Origin: Octopus sinensis | Taxonomy: Eukaryota | DNA length: 64,000 nt | Direction of reading: 5' to 3' | Assembly (NCBI RefSeq): GCF_006345805.1 | Contig: NC_043008.1 | Coordinates: 19,716,001-19,780,000 of the forward strand | Shown here: positions 1-12,576 of the stretch, one piece after another | Numbering within the stretch: the stretch's first letter is position 1 | How the letters are laid out: every line of letters starts with the position of its first letter | Program-made: the position numbers and the translations under genes | The notes under the pieces: model-generated | Database searches by the model: none | The model's input: only the letters and a program-made list of their open reading frames with translations | What the model was told of the DNA's origin: nothing

Positions 1-58
1 AGTTGATCCAAACCTGTTATAACGTATCTTGTTATAACGTATATCGTTATAACGATAT
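1..58. repeat. Three tandem GTTATAACG motifs at the window edge; possibly a pogo/Tigger-like transposon terminus
   Basis: GTTATAACG occurs three times in 58 nt; no partner TIR found in the window. Confidence 0.25.
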
Positions 59-364
59 TGTGATATCATCAATACTTTTTAACAACACAGTGGTTTGTTC
101 GTTCCTTCTTCCGTCAAAAGCACCAACTTTTTAAAAAGTGTCTGTGGGAGCTTAGTGAGATTAATTTCAGCACGATTATAAGAAATTTATGAATAATGCT
201 GATTATGGTGGGCATACAGTCGTCCTATTGTCTCTATTTTTATTATTTTATTTTGCACCAGATTTTCGATGGATTGGCAAGACTGGTTAGTATCAGATAC
301 TGAAATACTGTTATTATCAAAAATATTCATATGTTAATAAATATGGCGCGGGCCCATGTGTTTG

Positions 365-510
365 AAGGTGCATAGCCTTGAGGTTAGGGACACATACTCA
401 CGATCTCTAGATCGTGGGCTCGAATTCTTGACTGAGAGGCGCGTGGCCTTCTTGGGCAAAGCACTTCCATTGACTGGACTCCAGTCCACTCAGCTATAAA
501 TGGATCACTC
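365..510 (+). mobile_element. Degenerate tRNA-derived SINE (head B)
   Basis: A/B-box-like head followed by CTTGGGCAAAGCACTT...CTCCAGTCCACTCAGCT, shared with copies at 4504, 25966 and 58265. Confidence 0.6.
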
Positions 511-688
511 TGAGGCGGAGTATCTCCATATCGGTGGTGGAGAGGAGGACTGTTGTCTTGCTATCCCTAACCAGCGCGGTGGCATCATTTGATAGCTAAA
601 TCGAAGCAAAACACATTGTGACCAGTGATATTTAACAACATGCGATAGTATGATGGATCACGCGATCACGTAGTATATATATCATACA

Positions 689-990
689 CTAGTAGTATAG
701 TCCGGCGTTGCCCGGGATTAAGCGTACATTTTACTACTATGTTAGAGAATTTTACCTATTATTTCTACCAATGTATGTTTTTCTAACACCCTAGTCGCAT
801 TTAGTGACAATTATAGTTTTCGTTTTTGGTTAAACACTACAAACTTCTGTGTCTATCTTAATTATACATACATACATTTTTACGTATGTACTTATGTATA
901 TATGTATATATGTATGTATGCATGTATGTATGTATGTATGTATGTATGTATGTATATATCGTTAAAATATAAAATAGACAGCGGTTTTCA

Positions 991-995
<5 letters not shown>
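689..995 (-). mobile_element. Non-autonomous Helitron-like element; 3' terminus on the left
   Basis: Minus strand reads CCCGG-GCAACG-CCGGA hairpin, 8 nt, then CTAG|T, the canonical Helitron 3' end; the 5' boundary is a guess. Confidence 0.45.
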
Positions 996-1021
<26 letters not shown>

Positions 1022-1334
1022 ATGTGTGTGTAATACACATATGTATGCATATGTGTGTTGTGAAGTTGATGACCATGATTTCAGTCAAATTGTAGAAACA
1101 CTTGGTGCGATTTAATCACATGTATTGTTATATACCAGTTATAATCCCGAGTCTATGCCAGGTATCGTAGGACACATATTTATTAAGGCAGAATCGGTTC
1201 GAAATATGGTTGTGTATAACTGAATGTCCGTGCTACGAAACCTCAAGACGGAGCGAACTAAAGTTCAAGAGCACATACCGAGCGGCCCATTAACTTACCT
1301 GCCTTGTTTGTGTGGGGTTGGTTTGTAATAGCAA

Positions 1335-1495
1335 AACAACATCGACGCCAGTGCTGAACTGGTGCTAATTTTATCGCGTCCGAAAAGATGAAATCGAAGT
1401 GGACCTCAGCGGATTTGTACTCAGAGCGTAAGACGGGCGGAATGTCGCTAATCATTTTTCGCGGCGCAGTATCGATTCTCTAGCTCGTCATCTTC
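1335..1495 (-). mobile_element. SINE family A, degenerate copy
   Basis: Reverse complement matches the family core CTGAG..CAAAT.CCGC.GAGGTC.ACTT..TTTCATC seen at 9445, 26961 and elsewhere. Confidence 0.65.
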
Positions 1496-2737
1496 AAGGG
1501 AAGTGTATCATGTTATATAATCTTGCATATTTGAACTACTTTTTTGGATTATCAATAGGCGCTTTTTAAGAAGCTAATGTTACAAATATAAAATCACAAT
1601 CTTCTGAGAGATACACTACGTTTCGACACAGATATTTCCCGACATATTTTATTGTCAATAATTCAGAATGTAATGTTCACATGTGTAATGTGATTCATAC
1701 ACATGGCTACATGTAATTTTCTTTTCGATACTAAACGTCTACATTAAGACTTCGTATGTCTTTGAACTAAGCGACGGTTAACACGAAAGTAACATCGAAT
1801 TTACTTGTGCTGATATATATATGTATGGTGGCAATATATTTTCTCTGATCGTTACCGAATTGTGTTTCATACTGAAAACATTGCATGCCATACCTGAAGC
1901 TAGCAACCAAATAACCAATGACAGATATCGTGCTGTAATTAAATGGACGAGCATCAAACAGAGGCTTTGCATTTTTAGTCGGATTCTATAGTAATATTTT
2001 CCTGGGTAATTTGGCAGCATATCTATGCGCAATATTTTGCAGTTTCGTAAATGTTTCTCTCTTAGGTGTTTGTGAAGGGTCATAGACAAATGATTGCTTC
2101 CCTCCCGACCCCACAACTTTCTGCTTTCGCTTTTGAATGCTTATACTTTGAGGTGTTTTCAGATTGACCTTCAAATGGTCTTCAAATGATGTTTAGACTG
2201 CTGTTCAGCTTCTACCTTCCACCCGGGTATAGTATCAATATCAACGTTCCAGATGTTTTTGTTCATGCCAAGCACATATGCGTTTTATTACTAAAACAGC
2301 AGATTTCTTACATAGATCAGCAAAGAGTTAAATGTAGATTAGTTTACTAATATTTCATCAATTCATATCCTGTTGCAGTATACTTATCCGACAGTATACC
2401 ACAGTATTCGTGTTATATTTTATGAGGACGTGTGAAGCAGAGGCTTTTGACGAAAATATCGTTGCTTAAGAAGTAATGTTTTTTTTTTCTTGCATTTCAC
2501 TGGCAAACGAAATGACAAAAGATTTAGTGACATTACAATCAGAAAGACGAACATGTGATTACTAAAAATAATAGTAACGCCGGAAATATAAGACGTGCTT
2601 TCATTCGTAAGGGTGTAAGCTTTCAGTGACAGGGTCGAGATGGTTGATCTGCTCCTACTGATAATACCAAGGGTAGCAAGTAGGTCAGCTAATATTTTGT
2701 ACAAGAGGGTGGGTGGTAATGAAATCTAATGATGTTT

Positions 2738-3030
2738 CCTCTCACGCCATGCCCGGCTCATAGGACCGGTTTCCTGGTTTTCTTGGCGTATAGGTTCCCC
2801 ACCTGGACAGGACGCCGGTCCGTCGCAAGTGAGCTGCAAGATGCAGGAGGAAAGAGTGAGAGAAAGTTGTGGCGAAAGAGCCAACAGAAGTTTACCATTA
2901 CTTTCTGCCGGAGCCGAGTGGAACTTAAGTGTTTCGCTCATAAACACACCCATCGCCCGGTCTGAGATTCGAACCTGCGATTCCTCGACCGCGAGTCCGC
3001 TGCTCTAACCACTAGGCCATGTGCCTCCAC
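2738..3030 (-). mobile_element. tRNA-derived SINE, head C + tail Y
   Basis: Minus strand: TGGCCTAGTGG A box, GGTTCGAATCT B box, GACTCGCGG anticodon-like loop; same family as 14882. Confidence 0.85.
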
Positions 3031-3445
3031 GATGAAGTCTAATGCTTTCCCATAATAAACTCACAATGTAACTTTTCTATGATGAACCAACAATGTAACG
3101 TGTGATCGTGTATATTTGTTCTACTTTCAATTATAAGGATGAGAACATGTGGTTATAAATTGATTTTTATCTTTTCGTTGTGCAATTATTGATGGCAGTA
3201 GGCCTTCTGTACAAGATGGCGTGGAGAAAATGAATTAGTTTTCAACAACCAACACGTAACGTATCAAGTGTCATGCGATATATATGATCAACTTTAATTG
3301 ATTGACTTGCGCTCAAAGTATTTTGGCAAGTTAGTGAGTAACAGAATCAAATGCATTTTGTTTCTATAGTCAAGGCATAGGGAAACACATTTTTAGGGGA
3401 GATTGTCTACTTAAGGCTGAAAACTGTCTGTATTGATCGCAAATT

Positions 3446-3875
3446 GTTGGCCGCGTGGTTAAGAAGGACGGTTTTGAAACCGCGATGTGTCGAGCTCAGC
3501 AACACTGAGCGGTAGCTTATGTGTCATCTACTTTAGCACCGGGTCTACCAATGCCTCCTGAGTGAATATGGTTGACGGAAACTGTGTGTAAACCCGTGGT
3601 ATACATATATGGTAACATACGTACGTAATACATACATGCACACAGACACATATGCGTCATACACACATGCACATGTGTTCGACTGCCCGCAGCTTAGTAT
3701 CCGGTGTGGTATGTTTATGTCCCCGTAACTTAGCCGTTAGGCCCAACAAATACAGGTAAAATAAGTGCCAGACTTAAAAATGTAATATATTCGATATATT
3801 CAATTAAAACCCTTGAAGGTCGTGCCCCAGCATAGCTGGAGTCCAATGACTGAAGCACTTAAAATATAAATGAAA
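3446..3875 (+). mobile_element. SINE family D with internal microsatellite
   Basis: GACGGAAACTG, CCCCGTAACTTAGC and 3' GTGCCCCAGCAT...GACTGAA blocks shared with other D copies. Confidence 0.65.
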
Positions 3876-4503
3876 GAAGACATTTCAACCTTATGAACCA
3901 CATCCTCCTCATCTACTCACTAAATTGTTGAATAGACTCCAGTACAGGATTCTTTCAGAGACTTAGTGTAAATAGTTTACATAATGTTTTGTAAGAAATA
4001 ATCCGGCAGTTATCTGACAACTTAATACTCACTAAAATATACTTCCCTATAAAGCTAAACCTATTTGATACGCGGATTTCACTTTTTGTAGTAATTTTAA
4101 AATACCCCGTGAATGTCTTTCTGAGAAAGGCCTACGTATGTAGGCGTATTTAAAAAGTTTGACTTCCTATGATGTCTTCACAGTTTTCCGTTTTGAGATA
4201 ATATCTTAGTTGATATATTCTAATGCTTTATTTTCCTTTTGAAATCATATTCATTTCCGTCAGCCATGATGCGTAATGTATCGTATGTAAACATTTAAGA
4301 TCTTCCTCGCGTGGGTGTGTGCAATTATGTGTGTGCATTAATAAATATATAAATATTGTATGTGATTTTCTGGTACTGCTCTATCAATGTTTAGTTGTAA
4401 TTCCACTGAGAGACTACCACCAAAAGAAATTGTGAGAGGAATGGACGTATGTTGTTCATATATGCGGTTTTATATATATATATATATATATAAAGGAAAA
4501 AAA

Positions 4504-4829
4504 GGAGCACTCTGTCGGTTACAACGACGAGGTGTCTCAGCTGATACGATCCACGGAACAGCCTGCTCGTGAAATTAACGTGCAAGTGACTGAGCAATCC
4601 ACAAACAGACGCACCTCTGACGGAGTTCTCAGGGAGATTCAGCGTGACACAGAGTGTGACAAAGCCGGCCCTTTGAAATATAGGTACAACTCTTTCTTGT
4701 CAGCTGAGTGGACTGGAACAACCTGAAATAAAGTATCTGGTTTAAGGACACAACGCGTTGTCGGGAATCGAACTCATGACCTTACAATCGTGAGACGAAT
4801 GTCCTAACCACTAAGCCACGCGCCTTCAC
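4504..4829 (-). mobile_element. tRNA-derived SINE, head B + tail X
   Basis: Minus strand: TGGCTTAGTGG A box, AGTTCGATTCC B box, tail ending CGTTGTAACCGACAGAGTGC. Confidence 0.85.
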
Positions 4830-5109
4830 AATGAATATACAGTGAATCCTCGCCATATCGCAGTTCACCTGTCACGGTTCCCCCTTCGCACACTTAGTAC
4901 ATCACGAATTTTTCTGGCTAGTATATGTAAATTTATATCGGGGACTTCTCAGTGTATTGCGGGATTCTACGGACGATAGGTACACGTATTTTTTTAGATT
5001 TTAATTATTTCTGCGGGAGGTTTTGGAACGTAAGACCCGCGATAGGCGAGGGATTACTGTATATATTCTCTCTCTCTCTCCCTCTCTTCCTGTCTATTTG
5101 TATCTCTGT

Positions 5110-5155
<46 letters not shown>

Positions 5156-5219
5156 GTATATATACATATATGCTAGGGCGCCTCCTTAAAATGCTCTAGT
5201 GGGAGAGATAGAAAGCAAT

Positions 5220-5332
5220 ACTCAGAGTTTCGGATGGCCTGGCTGAAGTCTGCTCCGGCACCTTATCAGTTATTAAGACAAACTGATGAGATGCCGGAAC
5301 AGATTTCAGCCCCGGAATCCGATACTCTGAGT
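5220..5332. ncRNA. Imperfect 52-bp-arm foldback; each arm is a degenerate hammerhead-like unit
   Basis: 5220-5271 pairs with 5281-5332; plus arm CTGATGA...GATAC-TCTGAGT-T, minus arm CTGATAA...GAAAC-TCTGAGT-A. Confidence 0.5.
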
Positions 5333-5895
5333 TTTATTATGACAAGCAACTAATTGTCACATATTATATATATACATCGTATAAGATGGCTTGCTCAAGA
5401 ATACAACATACAGCCTGTCCCGAATCGAACCCACTATCTTACGATAGTAAGCCTGACACTCGAACCGCTGAGTCTTGAGCCTTCTTATACATATATACAT
5501 GCAAACATACATGCATGCAAACATACATCCATGCAACATACATACATGCGTGCAAACATACACGCATAACGACATACATAGATACATGCATAACGACGTA
5601 CATAGATACATGCATAACGACGTACATAGATATATTAATGCATACATACATTCATACATACAGGGCCCTGGGATATGTAACACACTGCCTAAATGTCAAT
5701 CTTAAGAAATTAGGCTTCTCGGGACCCGAAATGAGAAAGCTGATTCGAATCCAATCCATTACTGGAGCCATAAAAATCTGTAAAACTTTCCAGAAGTTTT
5801 TTGTCTAACTATAAATGAACATATCTAGATATACAACTATGTGCATGAGAATACATACATAAAACAAAACATCCATCCATCCAACCATCAATAGA

Positions 5896-5898
<3 letters not shown>

Positions 5899-5929
<31 letters not shown>

Positions 5930-6028
5930 CATACATACATACATACATACATACATACATACATACGTACGTACTTACGTACATACATACATACATACAT
6001 ACATACATACATACATACATACATACAT
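5899..6028. repeat. (ATAC)n microsatellite
   Basis: Direct reading. Confidence 0.95.
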
Positions 6029-6774
6029 TCAAAAATAACCTATTGATGTTGTTGAAATTCCAATGAAGGGGCCTTGGATCTAGGTTAGAAACCGGATCTT
6101 TATCTATTGGCAAGAAATCTTGAAATAAAACTGAATAATGGCATACATACTAATATTAATATATATAGGCGTATGCATGTATGCACTGCATGTGTGTATG
6201 TGAGAGTGTATGTCAGCGGAGCAAGCACACACATACACACACTCACACAAACATACACCTACATCCCCACATACATACATACATACATACATACATACAT
6301 ACATACATACATACGTATATATATATACATACGTATATATATAAATATATATATATGTATGTATATATATATACATATGTACAAGGTCGACAGTTCTCGG
6401 TTTGATATGTCGGCGATTACATTTTTATCTTGCACGAGTGCATTCTAGCAACATAATATTTTCCAAGCGATTATTCAAATATTGTTTCTTGTAACCATTT
6501 TGATTCTTGTTTCGTCTCACCGGAGCCAAAAACCTCGACAAATACGACAGTAGGAAACAATAAAAGCAACCAAACAATCAAAATAATTATATCGATCAGT
6601 AGACACAGGATATAGAGACATATTGTCTCCAAGAGTAAGTATCATTCGTGTTACGTTTTTTGTCGCACGAAAAAGTGGGATAAATAACAAAGGACAGTTT
6701 ATATTAAAACACACGATTGATTTATTGATTGGTTATTAGTAGTATAACGTGTGGTTTCTGTTTTTTTATTGTAG

Positions 6775-6903
6775 GTATTAATAAGTATATTGAAGAATGT
6801 TAGACCAGGACTAAAGGATTCTGTGGAATACCAACCGGAATATAAAGAGCTTTTACAATATTGCTGGAATCAGGATCCTCAGAAACGGCCGAAGTTCAAA
6901 GAG
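6775..6903 (+). CDS. Internal coding exon of a protein kinase (subdomains X-XI, TK/TKL-like)
   Basis: Acceptor ttttttattgtag, donor GAG|gtaaat, 129 nt, phase 0-0; VLISILKNVRPGLKDSVEYQPEYKELLQYCWNQDPQKRPKFKE carries the CW..DP..RP.F signature. Confidence 0.9.
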
Positions 6904-6944
6904 GTAAATATTTATAAATACACATTTAGACATTTATACGCTCG

Positions 6945-6970
6945 CACGCACACACACACGCACGCACACA

Positions 6971-7059
<89 letters not shown>

Positions 7060-7075
7060 CACACACACACACAAA
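6945..7075. repeat. (CA)n microsatellite
   Basis: Direct reading. Confidence 0.95.
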
Positions 7076-7214
7076 TAAAAAACAGTTTTATATATTTTAT
7101 GATTTCGATTAGAACATAGGTACAGGAATAAACACTGGTCATAACCCACTACACGTGTGCTTTATGGTAAAATCTCAGGGAAGTACGGAGCGTAACATAA
7201 AAAGAGGACTAACT

Positions 7215-7585
7215 TACATACATACATACATACATACACACATACATACATACATACATGCATACATTCATACATACATGCATATATACATACATACATA
7301 CATACACACATACACAGATTCATACATACATGCATACATACATACATACACACATTCATACATACATACATACCCACATTCATACATACATACATTCATA
7401 CATACACACATTCATACATATATACATACATACATTCATACACGCATACATACATGCATACATACATACATACATACACACATACATGCATAGATACATA
7501 ATACATACACGCATACACAGATTCATACATATATACATACATACATACATACATACATACATACATACATACATACATACACACA
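7215..7585. repeat. Long degenerate (ATAC)n array
   Basis: Direct reading. Confidence 0.95.
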
Positions 7586-7669
7586 TTTAGAACTTAATAC
7601 AGGTATTTGCTACGGCAAAGTGTCAGGAAAGTCATTTCATAATGTTGGACTGTTTATCCCAACACATTT

Positions 7670-7820
7670 TTCCTCTTTTATTTCCTTTTTTTCATTCTCA
7701 CTCTATTTCTGCCAAAGTGCGTGGGCTCGAAATGTCAAAGACTTTATCATTTTCCCCGAGCGTTAAACTAATGCACCTCCATGTTGAACCCCGACTTGCC
7801 TTCGTCTTTTGTTTTCACTA
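7670..7820 (+). mobile_element. Degenerate copy of the short hammerhead-like repeat family (family H)
   Basis: TTTCTGCCAAAGTGCGTGGGCTCGAAATGTCAAAGAC ... CCTTCGTCTTTTGTTT aligns with 12220 and 45826. Confidence 0.65.
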
Positions 7821-7936
7821 TACACATAACCATATACATAAATACACACATGCATATGTATATATATATATGTGTGTGTGTATGTATGTATTATATATAT
7901 ATGTGTGTGTATGTAAGTATCTATCTATATCTCTAT

Positions 7937-7997
<61 letters not shown>

Positions 7998-9444
7998 TGT
8001 ATGAGTATGTGTATGTGTAATTGTGTGTCTGTATCTTTCCCTCCAACATCTCTCGACAATCGATGCTAGTGTCTTTACGTCCCGATAATTTGGCAAAGGC
8101 GGTGTTGCAGCAGGGCTGCATCAAATAAAGGAATATATAATGATTATATACGTATATATGGTGATTAGACGTGAGGGCTGACAGTACAGAACACTAACCG
8201 CCGATCGTATATGCCAATAGTTAGTAGTGTTCGTCAGAATATAATGCAACCAAATTCTGAAAGACCGAACTACCTCACAGATTTGAATTCAAATATTACC
8301 TGTTGGGAAGGACATTCGTTGCAGTAATTGTAAATTATCTTTGAAATCTCATTGAAAATAAAACGCCTTCATCATAAGCCCTGGGTATGGAGAAAAATTT
8401 CAATGTTGGATATAAGCTTTCATACAAATGTTAAGTTAGATTCGACCTGTCGGCTGGCTAAATATTTCTATCCGGTTGATTTATGCCTTCAGTGTAGTCC
8501 ACACTAATACAAAAACTGCTCTTATCTCTCATGGACAGTCGTCTTTCACGTTTGATTGAGTCATAATTATACACATTACACATACGATTTTGCTACCCAG
8601 AATACTTAATGTAGTTAATGCATTCTAAGTGAATCAGAGCTATAATGTATCGTAAAATTAACTCAATATATAGAAAGAAAATGAATGAGATATGTGCCAT
8701 AAGAAATGACCTATGCTAAATCGATAACAGGCTTTCATGTCTTTCATATAGGGTCTCATCTATTTCGCAAACATACAGTCGATAGGTACATACATGCAAG
8801 TATAAATGCACATTAACTCGTATCATATCATTAACTCTGTAAAATGTTTATAACTGTGTATAGTTTTCTCACGAATTTTTTGCCAGTGCACAAATAGGAC
8901 CAGCCAACAAGGATATGTCAATGAATGAATTAATTTGAACGAATATCAGAGGTAATTGAAGATGAACATAGAAGAAACCTTTAATGTGTTTTATAATCTT
9001 TACATTGATGTGCTAAATACATAGTAGAAAGATATGTCTATATTAATATATACTTAAATACACGTATATATTGTTAATAGAGTGATGTAGCCCAAATGTT
9101 GGAGCTCTAGCTGTCAATGTGTAGTTTTTTCTTTAGAAATAAATCATTCAATTATTCCTAGTATCTTGTGAATGTAAACAGCCTTATGAATGTTTCTCAG
9201 AAATAACAACTTAGAATCGAGAAATGTAAAAAGATTTTGACAGGACTAGTATTTGTGTTTTATTGGGAAAATCATTACCGAACTATGCTAATTTGAACGA
9301 GTTTCTATGTTTGCCGACAATGATAATGACTGGCATTTCTTGCTGAGAGAATATATTTTAATAACATTTATGGTGTTACAAATAATATAGATCTGAGATC
9401 ACAAAGTTTAGCTAATCAAACGGAACCACGTTATTTCGTGCATG

Positions 9445-9830
9445 AAAGGTGGTGAGCTGTCAGAATCATTAGCACGCCGGGCAGAAGGTTTAGTGGTATT
9501 TCGTCTGCCGCTACGCTCTGAGTTCAAATTCTGCCGAGGTCGACTTTGCCTTTCATCCTTTCGGAGTCGATTAAATAAGTACCAGTTACGCACTGGGGTC
9601 GATATAATCGACTTAATCCGTCTGTCCGTCCTTGTTTGTCCCCTCTATGTTTAGCCCCTTTTGGGTAGTAAAGAAATAAGTATTTCGTCTGCCACTACGT
9701 TCTGAGTTCAAATTCCGCCGAGGTCGACTTTGCCTTTCATCCTTTCGGGGTCGATAAGTTAAGTACCATTTGAGTACTGGGGTCGATGTAATCGACTATC
9801 CTTCGCCCCCAAATGTCAGGCCTTGTGCCT
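9445..9830 (+). mobile_element. SINE family A, dimeric copy
   Basis: Head GGTGAGCTGTCAGAATC; two units, each with CTGAGTTCAAATT..GCCGAGGTCGACTTTGCCTTTCATCCTTTCGG. Confidence 0.9.
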
Positions 9831-10349
9831 GAATGATATAACTCTGTTAGGAAAATATCTTAGAGAGACGATAACTGATCAAGTTAAAATAATCCAGACT
9901 AAGACAATAAATTCTTAGCTGCAATATTCGTTATGGTTGGATATCTCAAGTTCAATAAATAATTAAGAGGAATTTATCTTCAATAATGTAGAATGAATTA
10001 GCTTCAGATGTTGTTCTACTCGTTTTCCAATATTACTTGAACCTGACGCTTACTCATTTAATTGTGGAAGAACGAGCAGCTTCACATGCGATCTCACACT
10101 TATTTTAAAATAAATGAAATTGGGAAATTGAAAATCACTCTTGACACCCGTATATTTAGAAATTCATGAATTTCTGAATATCCTTCATTACATAATCTAA
10201 CTTTATTCTCCGTAAACATTTCCATTTACAATAATCTTACAAATAGAATATTATATGAATGATTTCTAGATTAGTGTACAACAATTCATATTCCTCTGCT
10301 TATAAATGGATTGTTGTACAATCAATATTATTGGCAAGATATAATAAAT

Positions 10350-10522
10350 TTTAAGAAACACACAAAAGCCGTTCGAATCACTTCAACATTTCAGTTTAAT
10401 TTATCAAAATATTTTCGTCGCTAAAATCCGCGACCTGTTCACTGACAAAAATCCGTGCTGCATCTTGACAAATTAAACTTAAATGTTGAAGTGATTCGAA
10501 CGGCTTTTGTGTGTTTCTTAAA
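10350..10522. repeat. Foldback element with perfect 42-bp inverted arms
   Basis: 10350-10391 is the exact reverse complement of 10481-10522; imperfect inner extension. Confidence 0.9.
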
Positions 10523-12159
10523 TGGCTTACAAACACCTTCCACGCTGCAATTGTTTTCGTTCCAGCACACGATCTCAGATCAAATCACTTGCTATTATCC
10601 GTAATAATAAAGTTTAAAATTGCTATATAGGCCCTGTGGATTTTGAAATGTTTGTAATAATTGTAAGAAATAAAATCATGAATTTTACTTAAATTTAATC
10701 TATCCCCTAACATTATGCTTGCAATGGATGCCTTTAGCAGAATCCGTATAACTTATTCCTGCAAGGGTCAGACTGTTCTCACATACCAGGTAGGTATAAT
10801 GCTCGAATGATTATAGAATCCTCCATTTTTCGAATTCCATAAGAGGGACTATTATAAAACTGTGATACGCATTTGTAAATAAAGTAGGGTCTATATCTTT
10901 GGGTTCCCAATATGTGATGTCTTTTAATTCACGTTGAGATCTTGTGATACATCTATATTTCAGCCTTGGCCTTTGTCCAGAATCAGAAAAGTAAGTCCGT
11001 ATTAAGAGCTGCATATTATTTTAGAATATGTTCAGTCGAACTGAAACAATGCCAGCCATGGTGTTTTGCGGGTTAATGTTGTACAAAACTACTTATTATG
11101 AATCAACAATTCGATATACAAGATATTTATAGCGATCTTTACGGTATCATATTAAACCCGTGTGTGTCACAAATATACTTAGCTACTACGCTGTTTCGCA
11201 GACATATTTGTTTGCCTTCACAATATACTAAAACAAAAAAACAACCTCAGTGTTAATCAAATAGATATTTCTATAACTGTCACTCGATGTGGGGAATATA
11301 TGAAATTAAAATTGGAATAATAGAGACGAATAATAGCATATTAGAAAGTGCACATCTTTCAATTATAATTTTCTATGGAGTACAATGTGAAATAAAGACA
11401 TAAGTCACCACTATAATGAAATACGGATGTAGAATCTAAAGCGCCATTGTCGTTAACTGTGTTCATGACATGGTAATACCGGGTTTTCAGTCTCCTATTG
11501 CGTATGTGATAACCGAAAGAAAAAAGATAAATCACGTTATTAATATCTAAACTACGTCTTTATTGTTTATATGACAGCAGGACACCGTCTAATACTAAAC
11601 ATAGTGATGCAAAAAGAAATTGCAAAACCACTTCCAACTGAATATTATACTTCAAAAAGTATGAATGATTAACTGAGATATAGAATTTGCCAAACAATAA
11701 ATTGTTTTTATTTTTTATGCGATGCACTAATATCAACAAGACATAAAGACAAAACCGTGTACTTTATAATCGTGATGAAAGTCTGTGCATATAATTTAAA
11801 TCTTTGGCATTTGAATAATTCAGGAATTCGTAGACAAAAGTCATGATATGTATTAGACGTATGTGACAAGATTCGATATATTCCTCCTTTACTAAATATA
11901 CGGCCCTTCGTAGGTATTGAACTACATTTTAGTGTCCAAGTGCTATGTCTGAAGATCAAGTTGAACCAAAATTCAGCGCAGAGAAACGAAATATTAATTT
12001 TATAAAATTGATTTTAATGAGCAGGAATAGAAATGGAAGGACTTATTTTAAGAAATCTCAAATCTGATTGGGTATATACTTTATCGTTCTCTTTGAGTGA
12101 TATTTTCGTAAACTATGAATCATGATGAGCTATATTTCCTATCAATCGCCATGATAGAT

Positions 12160-12350
12160 CGTTAGCCACTACACACATTTTTCTCTCTCCTTGTTTCTCT
12201 CCTTGTTTTTTTCTGTGTCCCTTTCTGTAGAAGAGCGTAGACTCGAAACGTAAAAGGCTTTTTTCTATTCCTGAGCGTTATACTAATACATCTCTTTATT
12301 GTCCACACCACCTGTCTTCTTCTTTTGTTTTTTTCGTAAAAATCTCCCTA
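12160..12350 (+). mobile_element. Family H repeat with minimal hammerhead-like motif at 12220-12257
   Basis: CCTTT-CTGTAGAA-GAG-cgtaga-CTC-GAAAC-GTA-AAAGG; body aligns with 45780 and 61160 copies. Confidence 0.75.
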
Positions 12351-12465
12351 TATTTCCTATCACTCTCTTTGAAATAACACATCTACATATGTTATCTCTA
12401 TGACTGACTTCCTAAAAATAAAAAAATCATATTACTTAATTATCTTTGTAAATGTATTATTACAG

Positions 12466-12576
12466 GTTGTGACGAAATGCAAGGATATTCTGAATCATTC
12501 AAGGAATTACCAAAAGTCAGTTCGTCGTAGACACGAAAGCATGAGAGAAAGCAATACATCTAGCGAAGGTATATAA
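12466..12576 (+). CDS. Probable last coding exon of the kinase gene
   Basis: Acceptor tgtattattacag; phase 0 continuation VVTKCKDILNHSRNYQKSVRRRHESMRESNTSSEGI* completes RPKFKE-VVTKCKDIL, typical of the kinase C-terminal helix; alternative weak donor at 12569. Confidence 0.55.
   Translation, partial: VVTKCKDILNHSRNYQKSVRRRHESMRESNTSSEGI

Noticed and set aside
1612-1670. Minus-strand CTGAATAATT...TGTC-GAAACGTA hammerhead-like string
   Set aside because: Core spacing is wrong and helix I needs a bulge; at best a decayed relic
10964-10990. 27-nt exon-like segment (cag|...|gtaagt) in the kinase intron
   Set aside because: Inclusion would insert PWPLSRIRK into the conserved RPKFKE-VVTKC helix; no other support
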